A DNA stretch of 64,000 bases from Hydrolagus colliei (lineage: Eukaryota): contig CM068751.1 in the NCBI GenBank assembly GCA_035084275.1, forward strand, positions 4,774,001 through 4,838,000, given 5' to 3'. The stretch's first letter is position 1. Every line of letters starts with the position of its first letter. This document shows, in pieces, positions 25,594-37,500 of this stretch. Under the pieces are notes generated by a model. That model was given only the letters and a program-made list of their open reading frames with translations, was not told the origin of the DNA and did not search any database. The position numbers were made by a program, and so were the translations under genes.

Positions 25594-26105
25594 CAGGTAT
25601 CCCCAATTTACGACAGGGTTGCGTTCCTGAAAAATGTCACGCAAATCGAAATGTCGTAAATCGAAACGCAGTTTCCCATGCGGTCCCATTATGTAACCCA
25701 AGATGCATTCTTTTCACAAAATTTTCAGATTTTAAACCCACTAAATAACACACAAAACAACACTCAAAGCACACAAAATAACACACAAAGCACAAAAAAT
25801 AACACACATAGGCAATATGGGGTACTCGGGGGCCTGTACTGGTTAATACTGGTTAAATTACTGCAATACTGACTTGGCGCGGTGTCCCTTCAAAATCAGC
25901 TGACTTTTAAACAATGCTAGTGACCAGTTCAAACGTTTGGCTACACTATACAACTGTGATTTTACCACGAAATACATTATGTATTGCACATACACAAAAA
26001 AGTTATTTTTATCATTAAAGCAAAACCAAATGTCGTATATCGACAAATAATGTTAGTTAAATCGAAACAGTGTAAACAGAACCCTCGTAAATCGGGGGAT
26101 ACCTG
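25594..26105. mobile_element. Tc1/mariner (Tigger/pogo-like) MITE
   Basis: TIRs CAGGTATCCCC-AATTTACGA / CAGGTATCCCCCGATTTACGA. TA on the right flank, AA on the left. Subterminal tgtcgtaaatcga repeats and an internal aaataacacacaaa tandem repeat. Confidence 0.88.
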
Positions 26106-26189
26106 TACCCATATAGCTGATGACTTACTCAATCTATCTGGGTTGAACCCTTCATCTCCCAACAGAGTGCTTATCACATTGTCAACGTG

Positions 26190-26335
26190 TCTCAAAAGTG
26201 CCTCACAGGATTTACTGAAAAGTGTGGTGACCAGTTTTTATTAGGCAGGTTGTTGGCCAGAGATCAAGATAAACACTGTTCTCCTTTCAAATGGTTCCAT
26301 AGGATTTTTAATCCAAAACATTCGGCCTCAGAGAC
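26190..26335 (-). mobile_element. Degraded DeuSINE (SacSINE1/AmnSINE1-like) fragment
   Basis: 'ttggccagagatcaagataaacactgttctcctttcaaatggttccataggatttttaatcca' resembles the reverse of the recalled Deu domain; a tail remnant 'gtctcaaaagtgcctcacag' precedes it. Confidence 0.5.
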
Positions 26336-28284
26336 AAGAGTCCTCTCGACTGAGCCAGGCATTTCCAGGAGGTATTATAGTATTATAGCCTGGAACACAT
26401 ACACTGCAGTGGAAGGAAAGGAGTTCAAGGAGAGGAGAGAAGGGGGGGTGGGGTGGAAAGAAAAACTGATATTACAATTGAAACTTGCTCCGAATCTATT
26501 TATCACCCAACATGTATCACACTCATCACTGTTTGTACAAGTGCAAAATTCTGGCATCAATAGAATGTGCATGCATTGCCTTTCACACTTGAATAGCCTG
26601 TTGACACATGTTGTTAAGACTCACGGTGAGTAATGGCCATTTTGGCTAATAGCTGAAATTTGAGCTGCAGGGGATAAAGGGGGCAAACGCCTATGACTGG
26701 GGAGAGTGGGGGAGCAGAATTGCTGAGAATAAATCAGCAGGCGGACCTGGGCGGCCCCACATTTTAGTATGTCTGAGTTCAGCCGCAAATCTGGCAAGTT
26801 TCTAAGCTTTGTGCTTCACGTGGAGATCTTGATCACTGGTTTGTTGCCCAGTTTTCAATAAGCCAGTGAATCGGGGCTGCCTCTATCTGGTGCACAGCTG
26901 TGCAGTTTTAACACATTTGTCACTGGGCTTCAGCCTGGATAAAACTCCATTTGCTGCTTTCAGTTGTGTGGGCAAGTTCTGCTTATCAGCCGGGGTCTGT
27001 TTTTATTACAAAACTTTTAAGTTTCCATAAATATTCTCATGCTGGTACCCACTCAGATGTTTTGCTCTGTGTGTGGCTACCGATAATGCTTGACACCCAC
27101 ACAACATTCCAACACGTGTGAAAGGCACGGAATCTGGCTGAGATCTGATGTTAACCGCAGTATGTTCCGTCCTGATACAATGTTCTATGCACTATGTTAT
27201 CTGAAGCTTGAATAATGTGAATCGTGCTATCTCTCACTTTCTGGCAATACCCATTTTCTCAAGAATTTCATTTTTGGCTCCCTTCACCCAAATAAATGAT
27301 TACAACTGAAAAGAATCTTTAAAAAACAGCAACATGAAATCAAATTGCAATCCTTCCATTTGATATTGCAACTTATATATGGGAGGACGTCTCAAAGTGC
27401 TTCACAGGATTGAACCAAATAGCTTCTTCGTGGATGAACTTAGACATTAAGTGTCAAGAAACGTTTTGATCATGTTCGGCAACACAGCCTTGTTAGATGA
27501 TGTCCTCAATCCTAACAGTACTTGAGAAACAAAGGCTTTCTAATCGAGAATCACCTGGAGTGAAATTGGAACATAGCCACTATTTTCCGCTAACTTAGCC
27601 CAGATCTTCACAACCACTTGGTGCTGCACATTTACTAACTGAGCCATTGAGGAGACCCATTGTGCTCTTCATCGCACTGATGCGTCTCCTACAAAATTAC
27701 TGTTTTGTAATCACAGCCTGGGCGTCATTACCCGCCATGCATATGAAAAGATGGTTTAGTTCTTTTTAAATAACAAACAAGTAAGACTAAAATCTATTGG
27801 AAACTCTGTGCTCTCTTGGTCTGGATCCTAAAGAAACAATGGGAGCTTTTTATGAGTTTGGTGATGAACCACTTGGTGCAGGGGAGACTGCTTGACAACA
27901 CAATTAGATGCTAAGATGCATGTGCTGCTGATAGACACTGTAATCCCTCTGTAATTTGTTCAAACAAAAGAGCAAAAGAGACAAAACCGTCTGTCGTTTT
28001 TTCTAGTGTGCTGTTCTGTGGTGGTGCCTTGTGGCTGTGATATATATTTGTCAATGACTGAAGCCCGACTTTGCAACTCGGAACCTGTGAAATCCCTTGA
28101 ACAACAGTCACATTTGGTTTTCAATTATGGCATCTCTCGTGAGGGCGGCAATCTGGATTTGAATTTCTGTGCACTGTGTATCTGGCAAACGGAAGCCGTG
28201 TACTTTACCATCAGCAGCCTGAGAAGCCGAAGGTGATTTCCAACAGGTCAGCAAAGAAGTTTTGCCCAGCAATGTATTAAAACA

Positions 28285-28657
28285 CTTGCGTTACCCTGAT
28301 AGTGTTTACGGTCTGGAATACCCTGCCTGAAAGAGTAATAGAAGCAGATCCGATAGAGAGCTTTCAAAAGCTAATTGGATAGGTAGATAAACGGCTGTGC
28401 GAATTGGCTGTTGCATTTCGCCCACAAATGTACAGTCAGTTCACTTTGCAGTCTATACTGTGGAACTCTTTGAGATGTCTAGAAGACGTGAAAAGCGCTA
28501 TATCAAAATGTAAGGATTATTATTATTAATTGCAGGGACAATGGATAAGAGTGAGTGGGGGGGGGGGGGGGGGACTAGTTAGTAGCTCTTTCAAAGAGCC
28601 AGCACAGGCACGATGGGAAGAATGGCCTCCTATGCTGTAAGGTTCTATGATTCTATG
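28285..28657 (+). mobile_element. CR1-clade LINE 3' end, interrupted by a SINE
   Basis: gtctggaataccctgcctgaaagagtaatagaagcagat (VWNTLPERVIEAD), then gctctttcaaagagccagcacaggcacgatggg...aatggcctcct...gctgt and the terminal ttctatgattctatg repeat typical of CR1. Confidence 0.85.
28395..28528 (+). mobile_element. SINE 3' portion nested in the CR1 fragment
   Basis: ctgtgcgaattggctgttgcatttcgcccacaaatgtacagtcagttcacttt...gacgtgaaaagcgctatatcaaaatgtaaggattattattatt. Confidence 0.88.
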
Positions 28658-29594
28658 CAATGATGACATTAATGTATTGTTCGCGAGCCAGGTTTGGCGT
28701 CTGTAAACATACCAGGTTTCTTGCAATGACACCATTCTATATCATGCAAAATAGGCCATGTTGGTTTGAAGTGTGTCAAATTGTGTTGGCGGCTGGCAAC
28801 GGCAGCAGGACTGTGCACCAAGCTTCAGGAGCTCTCTTATTTAGTGCTCCGTTGTCATTAGATTGCAGTTGACTGACACAGATGGAATGAATGGGGGAGA
28901 GGTACCACACCCTTAGGTCATCAACGTAGATTTTTTTTGGCATCTTCTCTGCTCATGTCAAGTAAGATTTGAACCAGAAGTAAACCTGTAAAATGAAATT
29001 ATTTTCTTTTCTGGGTGAGCTGCATGCTACATTCCCAGAATATGCACATACATTATCGTAGACAGCATCCGCCTGTCACCTTTCTTCCTTCTGAAGCAGA
29101 TAAAGAAATTACCATTCTATTTGATGACTGAACAATGATTTCTAGAGTTTCTATTGTTGTGAAGTCTTAGGGGATACACATTGTGCTTGTGGAGAACTAT
29201 CTATCCATAGTCGTGATAATGCTGAAACGCTGTCTCTCTGAATACAATGCTGCAGTAACTTTTATTTACCGATTACTTATCCACCCCCACATACCCCAGT
29301 TTGTTCTGTGCTACCTTGTTTTGTTCAGTTAAGAGGAATGAGGTGGTCTAACCTGCAGGCTATTCGGTCTTGTAATGGGGCAATGAGTGAAGAGCTCCCT
29401 CTTGTGCAGATTTCAGTTCGCCATACAACAGTTGTGTGTTGTCCAAGAGAACATCTTTCAATCTGCTTCAAATTGGTTTCTTCCAGTTTCTTTTCTTCCT
29501 TAGTTTTCAATCCCCTTACCCCCTCCCCCACTCTCTCATGGTTATCTAAGAAAGCTCTCTGTTCTCTACTCATGAATTTTCTTCTCTTCAGTCC

Positions 29595-29735
29595 ACGACT
29601 GTTTGTGGGACACTGCTGTGCGCATTTGACTGCCGAGTGTCGCCCACAAATATACAATCAATTCACTTTACAGTGTATTCTGTGAAGCGTTTTGAGATAT
29701 CTAGAAGATGTGAAAAGCGCTATATCAAATGCGAG
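29595..29735 (+). mobile_element. SINE 3' portion
   Basis: gactgtttgtgggacactgctgtgcgcatttgactgccg...gatgtgaaaagcgctatatcaaatgc matches 48195-48330. Confidence 0.88.
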
Positions 29736-32700
29736 ACATATTAGAGTTTGTGTTGCAGAGGAATCAGTAATATGCCTTGACGAGCCTTCATCAACAACAC
29801 CAATGACAAGTTGCATTTGTACAGCACCCTTCAGGCAGAGTAGCATCTTGGAGTGCTTACATTAAGTTGTGCCAATCAATCTTTGCAACTTTCTGACAGA
29901 ATTAAGTTAATGGGTCCCTTTGAGACGTCTCAAAGGCATGGTAAGGCGCAAATGCAAAAACGCAGGATTATTTCATCATGTCTTCAAAATAAATTATTAA
30001 AAAGAATACTAATTTACATTAGTTTTCCCTCTCTCCTTATCGGTTTTCCTTCAGTAACTGGGTACTGAGGGCGAGTGCTCCAGTCTGCCTTCAAGTTGAG
30101 CTAAATTGATAAGTAGAAGGGGCTGCATCGCATCAATCTGGGTCAATGATGGAGAGAGCTGCACCATCAATGATCAAGCGTTGTCTGGCTCAGTAACTCT
30201 ATTAACTCCCTGTTCACCCAGTGATGTCATTTGCAGGCCTTGTCCGAACAGAAAATATTCACAAAAAACACAGCTGAAAATAAAGATAGGTACTGATAAT
30301 GTAAGAGCCTCTTTAAGCTGCATTGTTGAGTGGCTTGTAGGCCACCAGTGTGCAGATGAATAAACTTGCATTTTCTTTCGAAAACCTTTGCTGGAGAGAA
30401 CGAACATGTCATTTTTCTCTCATTGATTTCAGGCATGAGAGACACTGTAATAATTTTGAAATGCATTGATGCAAGCATCACGATCACATCTGTGCCTCCT
30501 GCCAGTGGATAAAAGCCCGCCACACATTGGGGATAAAAATGATGTCCTTTCAGATCATATTTTCTCTTTAGAACGTTTTTTTGAGATCAAAGCTTATCAA
30601 ATAAGTTTAGACATTCCATGCAAGCCAAGCGTGGTTGCCTTTATAAGCTGAACAAATTGTGACTTAATTTCCTCTGCAATATACAGTTCTGTGCAAGCTG
30701 GTTTTTTTTCCGCCCTTTTAACACAGTGTCTCTGTTCCGAATGGACTGCAGATTTTAATGTAGGTATGGACAAAAGCTCTTTACGGAATTGCTTGACAGC
30801 TATATAAAGGAGGTGGGTTTCAATGAGATCAGATGGTGTAGATAAGTCGGGTCTAAATCCACTATATGTGTGGTGGATTGAACGCAAAGATCCAGATAAT
30901 GTGGATCAAAGGATTTTTCATTTAAACTGGGTTTTGCATTATTTCACTTTTTTTTAACTGAGATCTGCGGCTCAGATTTTCCCCTCCATGCAGTAATGGA
31001 CACTGAGTAATATCCTATTACTGCTGTATGAATGAATCTTGTTTTATGCTTATGTCGTAGATGCTGATATTTTCTCCGGTGTGAAACCCTACACTGGCTT
31101 TTAAATATATACAGTGCATTAAGAGTGAGGTTTGATGTGATTTAACATACTGTATAACTTCTCACAGGTCCTAATCTGCAATGCCCTGCCTAATAGGTGA
31201 TGATTTTGTTTTTCTGTTTGATGTAACATGAACTGAAAATAGGACATTAAGTAACATGGTTAATGCTACCTGATGCTGTCCATTAAATATACATGATTAA
31301 CCCTATTGCAATAAATTTGCTACCATTTTTGTAACCCTGTTTAGGATTCCTTTTAATATGGTCTGATTATAAGCCTGTATGGTTTTAAAAATGATGTTTA
31401 TAGTGAGATTACTGTCTGTCAGTGACTATTTTCCAGTGGAAATCATTAATTACTTGGGAGTTTGTCATAAGGGTATTGTGTTACAATAGTTTAGATTCTG
31501 CTCCCTTATATAAGAGACTGTTGAAACACAGAAATAATGGGTTACCAAATACTGATGAAGGACTGCAAATTCTCATTAGTTTTGTTCCTTCAGCCTGTCC
31601 TGTTGTCAGTTGAACCTCTGGTCGCTATGTTTTCCTAACTTCAAAACCAAAGTGAAAGGGAAAAGCGGAGAAAATTGAAAATATAATTGAATATTGAGGA
31701 ATGCAAAACATATATCTCCAGTATTTGATTGTGTGTGTATGTGTGTGCATGTGTAGAGCTGTTTTGAAACCTTCCCTTTTGGGAGAGTGTTCGTGGAATA
31801 CAAATTAATTGCAACAATCAGAGTGGTGGGATCTAATTCAATTAGCTGTGATTTAAGTAACAAGAGCTCGAATGGTGCCAGTGGCCTTCAGAGTAAGCGA
31901 GCGCAGGAGACATTCAGATTCACCCCGAGTCAGCTCGCCTGAGGCACTAACAGGAACGAGGAGATAATGGCCGACCAATGTTAAGAGTTTGAATCTATTA
32001 AAGCTGCTTAATGCCGCCTTGCTGAAGTACCTTAATGAGGCACTGAGAGTGACATTTCCAAACATGTCAGTGTCACCATGTCGTCTACACTGAGTCTGAG
32101 GATTTCCGTGAAGCCGATAAGATGATTAAAATGGCCTTCCGCCTGGACAGTTTTAAAACCTTTTACTTTCTATGTAGTGTTTAGTCTGATTGAACAATCG
32201 ATGCGACGATTCGTGAAGTTCGCTCCGAAAGCAGAATTCCGCGTTATTTTGTGCTGATGGTTGACGTTGTACTGTGAAGTCCTTGCGTCTAAAATTGTCC
32301 TTTTCTTTATTAAAAAGAATGTTCAATTTTGTTTTAATTCTGCTCTGCCAGCGCTTTCGTAATTCACAAGTCGAGTTTTAAAAGAAGTAGACTGAGATCG
32401 TTAAATGACACTACATGTCATTCCAATGTAAACAATGACACAAGGTTGTTGCTTATTGAGACTAGATTATTGTTGTTAAAGATGGTCAACGGAGTCTGAG
32501 GTGAAAGGGCTACTACTGAGCTCAATGCCACTGGGTCAAGATGGAAACCAAGCTGGAAATTTCCACTCTTAATAACAATCCAACGACTCCATCTGGTGAC
32601 TCCCATGTGAGATGTGGGGTAGCAGAAGGGGCTGGGAGCTTGTGTCTGTGGAAAAAAAAAGTCCTCAGCAATGGGAAGGGTGATTAACGAATTAGAAATG

Positions 32701-32874
32701 TGTGAAGAATCGTCCCTGTAGAAATTCCTGTGGTGTGACCACAGCTCTGTGAGATGGGGTTAAAACATAACATCTGGAGTTGCCAAATATACCCACCGAT
32801 GTAGAACAATTCCTTTAAACAGCTTGTTGTATTTTAGGAGTTATTGCAGTGAGGACTGTCTGTCTGTCTGCATT

Positions 32875-32986
32875 TACTGACGTGTTTTCTTTTTCTCTCT
32901 TCTCTTCTCGGTTCCTCTGGAATGCTTCTGATTCGCTGCGCTTCCTGAACATTCCTTGGCTTGTCACCATTTGGATATAGGTAAGT
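32875..32986 (+). promoter_or_regulatory. 3' splice-site architecture abutting a consensus 5' splice site (candidate recursive splice site)
   Basis: TACTGAC at 32875-32881, then a CT-rich tract. No AG from 32854 to 32978. The first AG (32979-32980) is immediately followed by GTAAGT. Confidence 0.7.
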
Positions 32987-33414
32987 TTTATTTTAGCTTC
33001 GTCTGGCTTTTCCCCTTCTTCACTTTAGACCCAGGAGGAGGTGCTGAGGAAAGCACTTAGCCTGTTACTTCAACACTCTTGTTCACAGATGATACAGAAG
33101 TCTTGTGATTTCTGCAGTCCGGTTATTTACCTTTGTGAAAGGTGCTACTGCATTTAAGTGCAAAAGTGGCTAAGTATAATTTCCCAAAATGTTACTTACA
33201 TTTTTCCCTCTCTCTTCCACTATCCCACCTCCCAACATCAGTTAAAGTGATCCTTTAATACAACTAATTTGACTCCTGGATGGCATGATTGAGAGAAACC
33301 ACCCTGATGAAAGCTTTACTGAGTTATTTTGGTCGGTGCACTGAATGGGAGCCTTGTTTGGATATTTTTTATTTCCACCTTTGGGGAGGGTAACTCGTGA
33401 ATTGATTATTTTAT

Positions 33415-33503
33415 GGGTGGGGTGGGGGGGCAGGGGACGGGGGTTGGGGGGACGGGGGTGGGGGGGCGTTGGGTGGGGGGGCGTTGGGTGGGGGGGCATG
33501 GGC
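33415..33503 (+). repeat. G-run tandem repeat (G-quadruplex-prone)
   Basis: gggtggggggcgtt-like units and many runs of 3 or more G. Confidence 0.85.
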
Positions 33504-33867
33504 ATCAACTGGTTAAACTGAGCAAACAGTTTGTCAATGCCTCAGTCAGTTGGTGACATCACTGCAAGAGAGAAATGTAGATCTTACTCTATAATTCTGG
33601 TGTCATACTCTTGTTAGAAATACAAAATTTCATTCATTGCTCACAGCACTTGCTGGACTTTAATTTTGTTTGAAGAATATGCTCCTGTTTCCTCAGTGGA
33701 TGTGTCACGAGCTGAGTTCCAGGCCAGTCTGATATCCCATTCTATCAGCCAGGCTTCATGGTGACTTCTGTCAGTTTTTGCCTTGGTCAGTAAGTGACAC
33801 AAGAAAAGGACAGGAGGAAGAAGCACTGCTGATTATGTAGATACTCGTCTCTGTCTGACTTTCATAC

Positions 33868-34045
33868 GTGTGTGTGTTTGGGGGGGGTGTTCGCGTGTCT
33901 GCGTGAGTTTGAGTGTGTGGGTGTGCGTGTGTCTGTGTGGGTTTGCGTGTGTCTGTGGGTATGCATGCATCTGTGTCTATGTGTGGATGTCTGTGTGCGT
34001 GTGTTAGTGTGTGTGTGCACGCATGTGTCTGTGTTTGTATGTGAG
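33868..34045 (+). repeat. Degenerate (GT)n microsatellite
   Basis: About 180 bp of gtgt/gcgt/ctgt units. Confidence 0.85.
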
Positions 34046-36480
34046 GGTAAATGATTTACCTGGAGTTTAAGCTTGTTATTGGTAAAGAGTGAAGAGAGAT
34101 TGAATCTATATTGATCCATTGTGTATTTTATTGTGAAACTCTCCTTGTTGTGCAAGGTTCTGTTTTAAAGTAATCTTGACTACAGTTGTTACTGATGTAG
34201 CCACAGAAGCGGAAGTTAAAATTCAGGCTGTGTTTCTAGAAATATCTGTGTCCATATTAAGAGTATCTACCAGAATATTCCAAATCTCTTCATGGCTTCA
34301 CCTTCTATTTTGTATTTCAAATGCCATCTACTCCAGAAACTGGCACCAAACATTGTCCATTGCTTTCAAAATTACATTTTCTGTTTAATGCTGTGAATTA
34401 ATTAGTATTCATCAGCTCTACCCGCCACAAGTGCCTGATCGTATTGAACTCCGTAGACCATGTTCTCTCCCGCAACATGGACAACCAGTTTCCCTTTAAC
34501 ACTGAAACATTCTTTGTTTCTAAGTGAATCAGGTGAATTTAACAGATCAAATCACAGTGCTCTTCATTATGCAATGAAACAAATGAATTGTTCAAACAGC
34601 TTTCATAATGCACCTTGATGCCTTATACTTGTTGAATAGCCGTGAGCAGCTTTCTCAACAATGTAGGGCTGCTAACACATTGACTTTAAGATTGCAATGG
34701 GCCACATTAGTGTTGCAAGGAAATAGCCTCTTAAATTATTTTTATACATTTGAAAAAGGAGAAATGGTTCATTATTGCTAATTCAAGACAAGTCTGCCGT
34801 AGACTGGAGAAGCCTTGGCGTCATTGTTAAACAGGATTTCAGCACTGAAGGCAAAAAACAAATCGCTTTTGCAGTTGCTTTGTTCCATTTGCAGTCTTTA
34901 GTTGTGTAAATTGGCAGCACTGCTAAGTGTCTACAGTAAAGCTCAATGTGTGGCATCTGTTACCTGCAGGCATCGAAATATCGTTCAAAATATACCCAAT
35001 TGGCTGAATGTCCAGACATTAATGGCACATTGTCTCTGGCCACATATTCTTCCCACAGCAGTGTCTACGATGTGAAGAGATGTCCAATTTGTGTCATGTT
35101 TTTCCTCCCAATGTGAAAGGCGCTATACAAATGTAGTTTTGTATAAGTGAAATATCCTTTGAAGCTCTCTTGGATTCATTTATTTTTAGAAAAAAAGTGA
35201 ACACTCACTGAACCAATTGGCATGCTAGATACTTTAAATTAGTGGCCTTGATATGGAGAGAAAGTCACCTTTCAAACCAAAGTGCTACTTGTCTTGTTGG
35301 TGGTCATTATGAATAAATCTATTCTAATGGACTTTATGTGTAGTCTAAATTTCACATTACTAGCCACACTCTTTTCTCTATCTTCTTCTGATTACTTTCA
35401 AATTTCAGGATGAAACATCAATAAATATAAAACATTTTTTTTGAAGAAATATGTTATTTATATATATTTTCATATGTCTAAGCTAAAAATATGTTAGAGA
35501 GTAATACAATATCAAAACAGCGTTTCATTTGGAATGGGGAGCCTAAGGCCAGCTGCTGAGGAGAATCAGAAAAGAAGGCAGTCTTTTGCTCAGGGGTGAA
35601 GCGCATTTATGAACACGTGGTTTTTGGCAGACAATAAGCCATTTAATTTTTTTTTAGCAAATGCTATTGAATTTGTAGTCGTAAAAGAGGTAAAAGGGAG
35701 ATTTGGGTGATTCTTTGAAGTACTAAAATGCCTGAAAGCAATAGATGGCCTTGTATTATGCTATGATGAGCATATTGTAAGCTATTATATATATATAGTC
35801 ACAGTTAGTTGCTTTCATTTCTCTCCTTCCCCAACACCCCCACCACCCCGCCCCCAACCCACCACTCCTCACATTTTCATTGAAATGATCAATGTTCTGT
35901 GTACTTCAGCACTGGATATTTATTGGGGTCCATCAGTAGTGCATTATTCCACTCGGATACTCTGTGTAGGGTGTTAATGTGCTATGAGCACAGTTTTAAA
36001 CCCTTGGTCTTTTTCTCAGTCAGCGGGAGTGCTATCTGGACCAGACCCATGCTGTGAAGCTGGCATTGAAGGCTCGATCGGTTAAATTCAGGACCAGCCA
36101 AAAATTTATTTTTCATTTGAATAGTGTGCTGTCGATATGAGAGTGATTCTGACAGCTGTATTGGGTGGCTGAAATTCCCTCGGATGGGCTTCCAGGGTGA
36201 CTGCAGATCTGAACAAAAGCCCTTTGAGTCTGCTCACGAAATATTTGAGTGCTTTTTGCTCATCATAAAAATCCAAAGGGGTTGTAATGTGTAAAGGCTA
36301 TGTTGAAAACTGCTGCTGTCAGACTATCTGAATTGTTGAACTTTTCGACACAATACATAATCCTTGGAAAAGGCAGCAATGTTTCGCTGTAAGTTTGAAA
36401 TTCTTAGCATTTTTAAACCAATAACTTTATACTTGCAATGCAGAATTGGCTGCCCCCTCTTTTTAATGTTGTATATAGTG

Positions 36481-36877
36481 CACTAAAACCTTCGTTATCC
36501 AGCACGCTCGGGACCTGACCTGTACCGATTAATCAAATATGCCGGACATTCGAATGGGAAGTTGCCAAAAATCCACCAAAAAAAATGTGCTTATTTTAAA
36601 ACATACTAATAATAGACTAAATAAAAACAGAATTTTGTATGGATACTTACTAATAAAGCATTCCAGCACACTCAGTAAAATGATCGGTAAAAAAGCATTC
36701 CAGCATTCGGTAAGTTTAATAAGTGCGATGCGTACGCATGCGCAAAGTGAGCATACTGCGAGTGTCCCGGATGGCTATGGAATGAGATCTGGTTGCTGGA
36801 ATGGTGAATTGTATGGGGAGATAACGGTTGGTTGAGTATGCCATTTGGTTGGGAACTGGATAAACAAGGTTTTACTG
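36481..36877. mobile_element. Tc1/mariner (Tigger-like) MITE
   Basis: TIRs CACTAAAACCTTCGTTATCCAG / CAGTAAAACCTTGTTTATCCAG, with TA at the right flank; internal direct repeat aaagcattccagca twice. Confidence 0.8.
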
Positions 36878-37137
36878 TAATTGGATGGCAGCATGTTGTT
36901 TTCATAGGGTTAATGGTGCAATGTGAACCTACTGTACATTTATTATATATTGTGCAAATATGTATGGTGGTGGTGTATTGGAAGTGTTCCTTGTTAGCTG
37001 TAATTTTTTTCTTAGTATGGGAAAAGAGGAAAAGTGTGTTCATCGTCCCAATGTGAATGGCACAATACAAATATAATTCTGTTGTTATTGTTCATTGGGA
37101 ATCACTTCTTAAGGAAGATGATATGTGACTTGTCCTC

Positions 37138-37500
37138 CCAATTTCCCCTCTTTCTCTTTTTGTCTTAAGAGCACTGACCCATATACTGAGGTGTGCTTCT
37201 GTGTGCAATAACTACCTTCTGATATCTTGTTCAAATTGATCTACAATGGTCCTAAACATTTTGGACATGAAGGTTGACATCACGGGCAAGCTTGATCCTA
37301 TTCTTGTCACCCATCATACGTAGGCATTTTTCAGCAAAAATCAGTGATTAACTATGGGGAATAGGAACCCTGGATATTTTATTTCCCCCTCCCTTCCTAG
37401 CCCAGGGTCGCCAAGGACAATTGCAGCATCTTTCTTTATTGCTGCTTGTCTGACATCAGCTTAATTATCAGAAAATAGGAGCTGAAGTCCAGATCATGCT
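37138..37500 (-). mobile_element. AmnSINE2-like SINE, near full length, diverged
   Basis: ccaatttcccctc (3' end) ... aggaaccctgga...ccctcccttcctagcccagggtcgccaaggacaattgcagca...ctgacatcagctta. Confidence 0.65.

Noticed and set aside
25743-25810. Short spaced repeats (aaataacacacaaa)
   Set aside because: A simple tandem repeat inside a MITE; not CRISPR-like (no unique spacers, eukaryotic context).
33862-34155. His/Thr- and Val/Cys-rich ORFs
   Set aside because: Translations of the (GT)n microsatellite.
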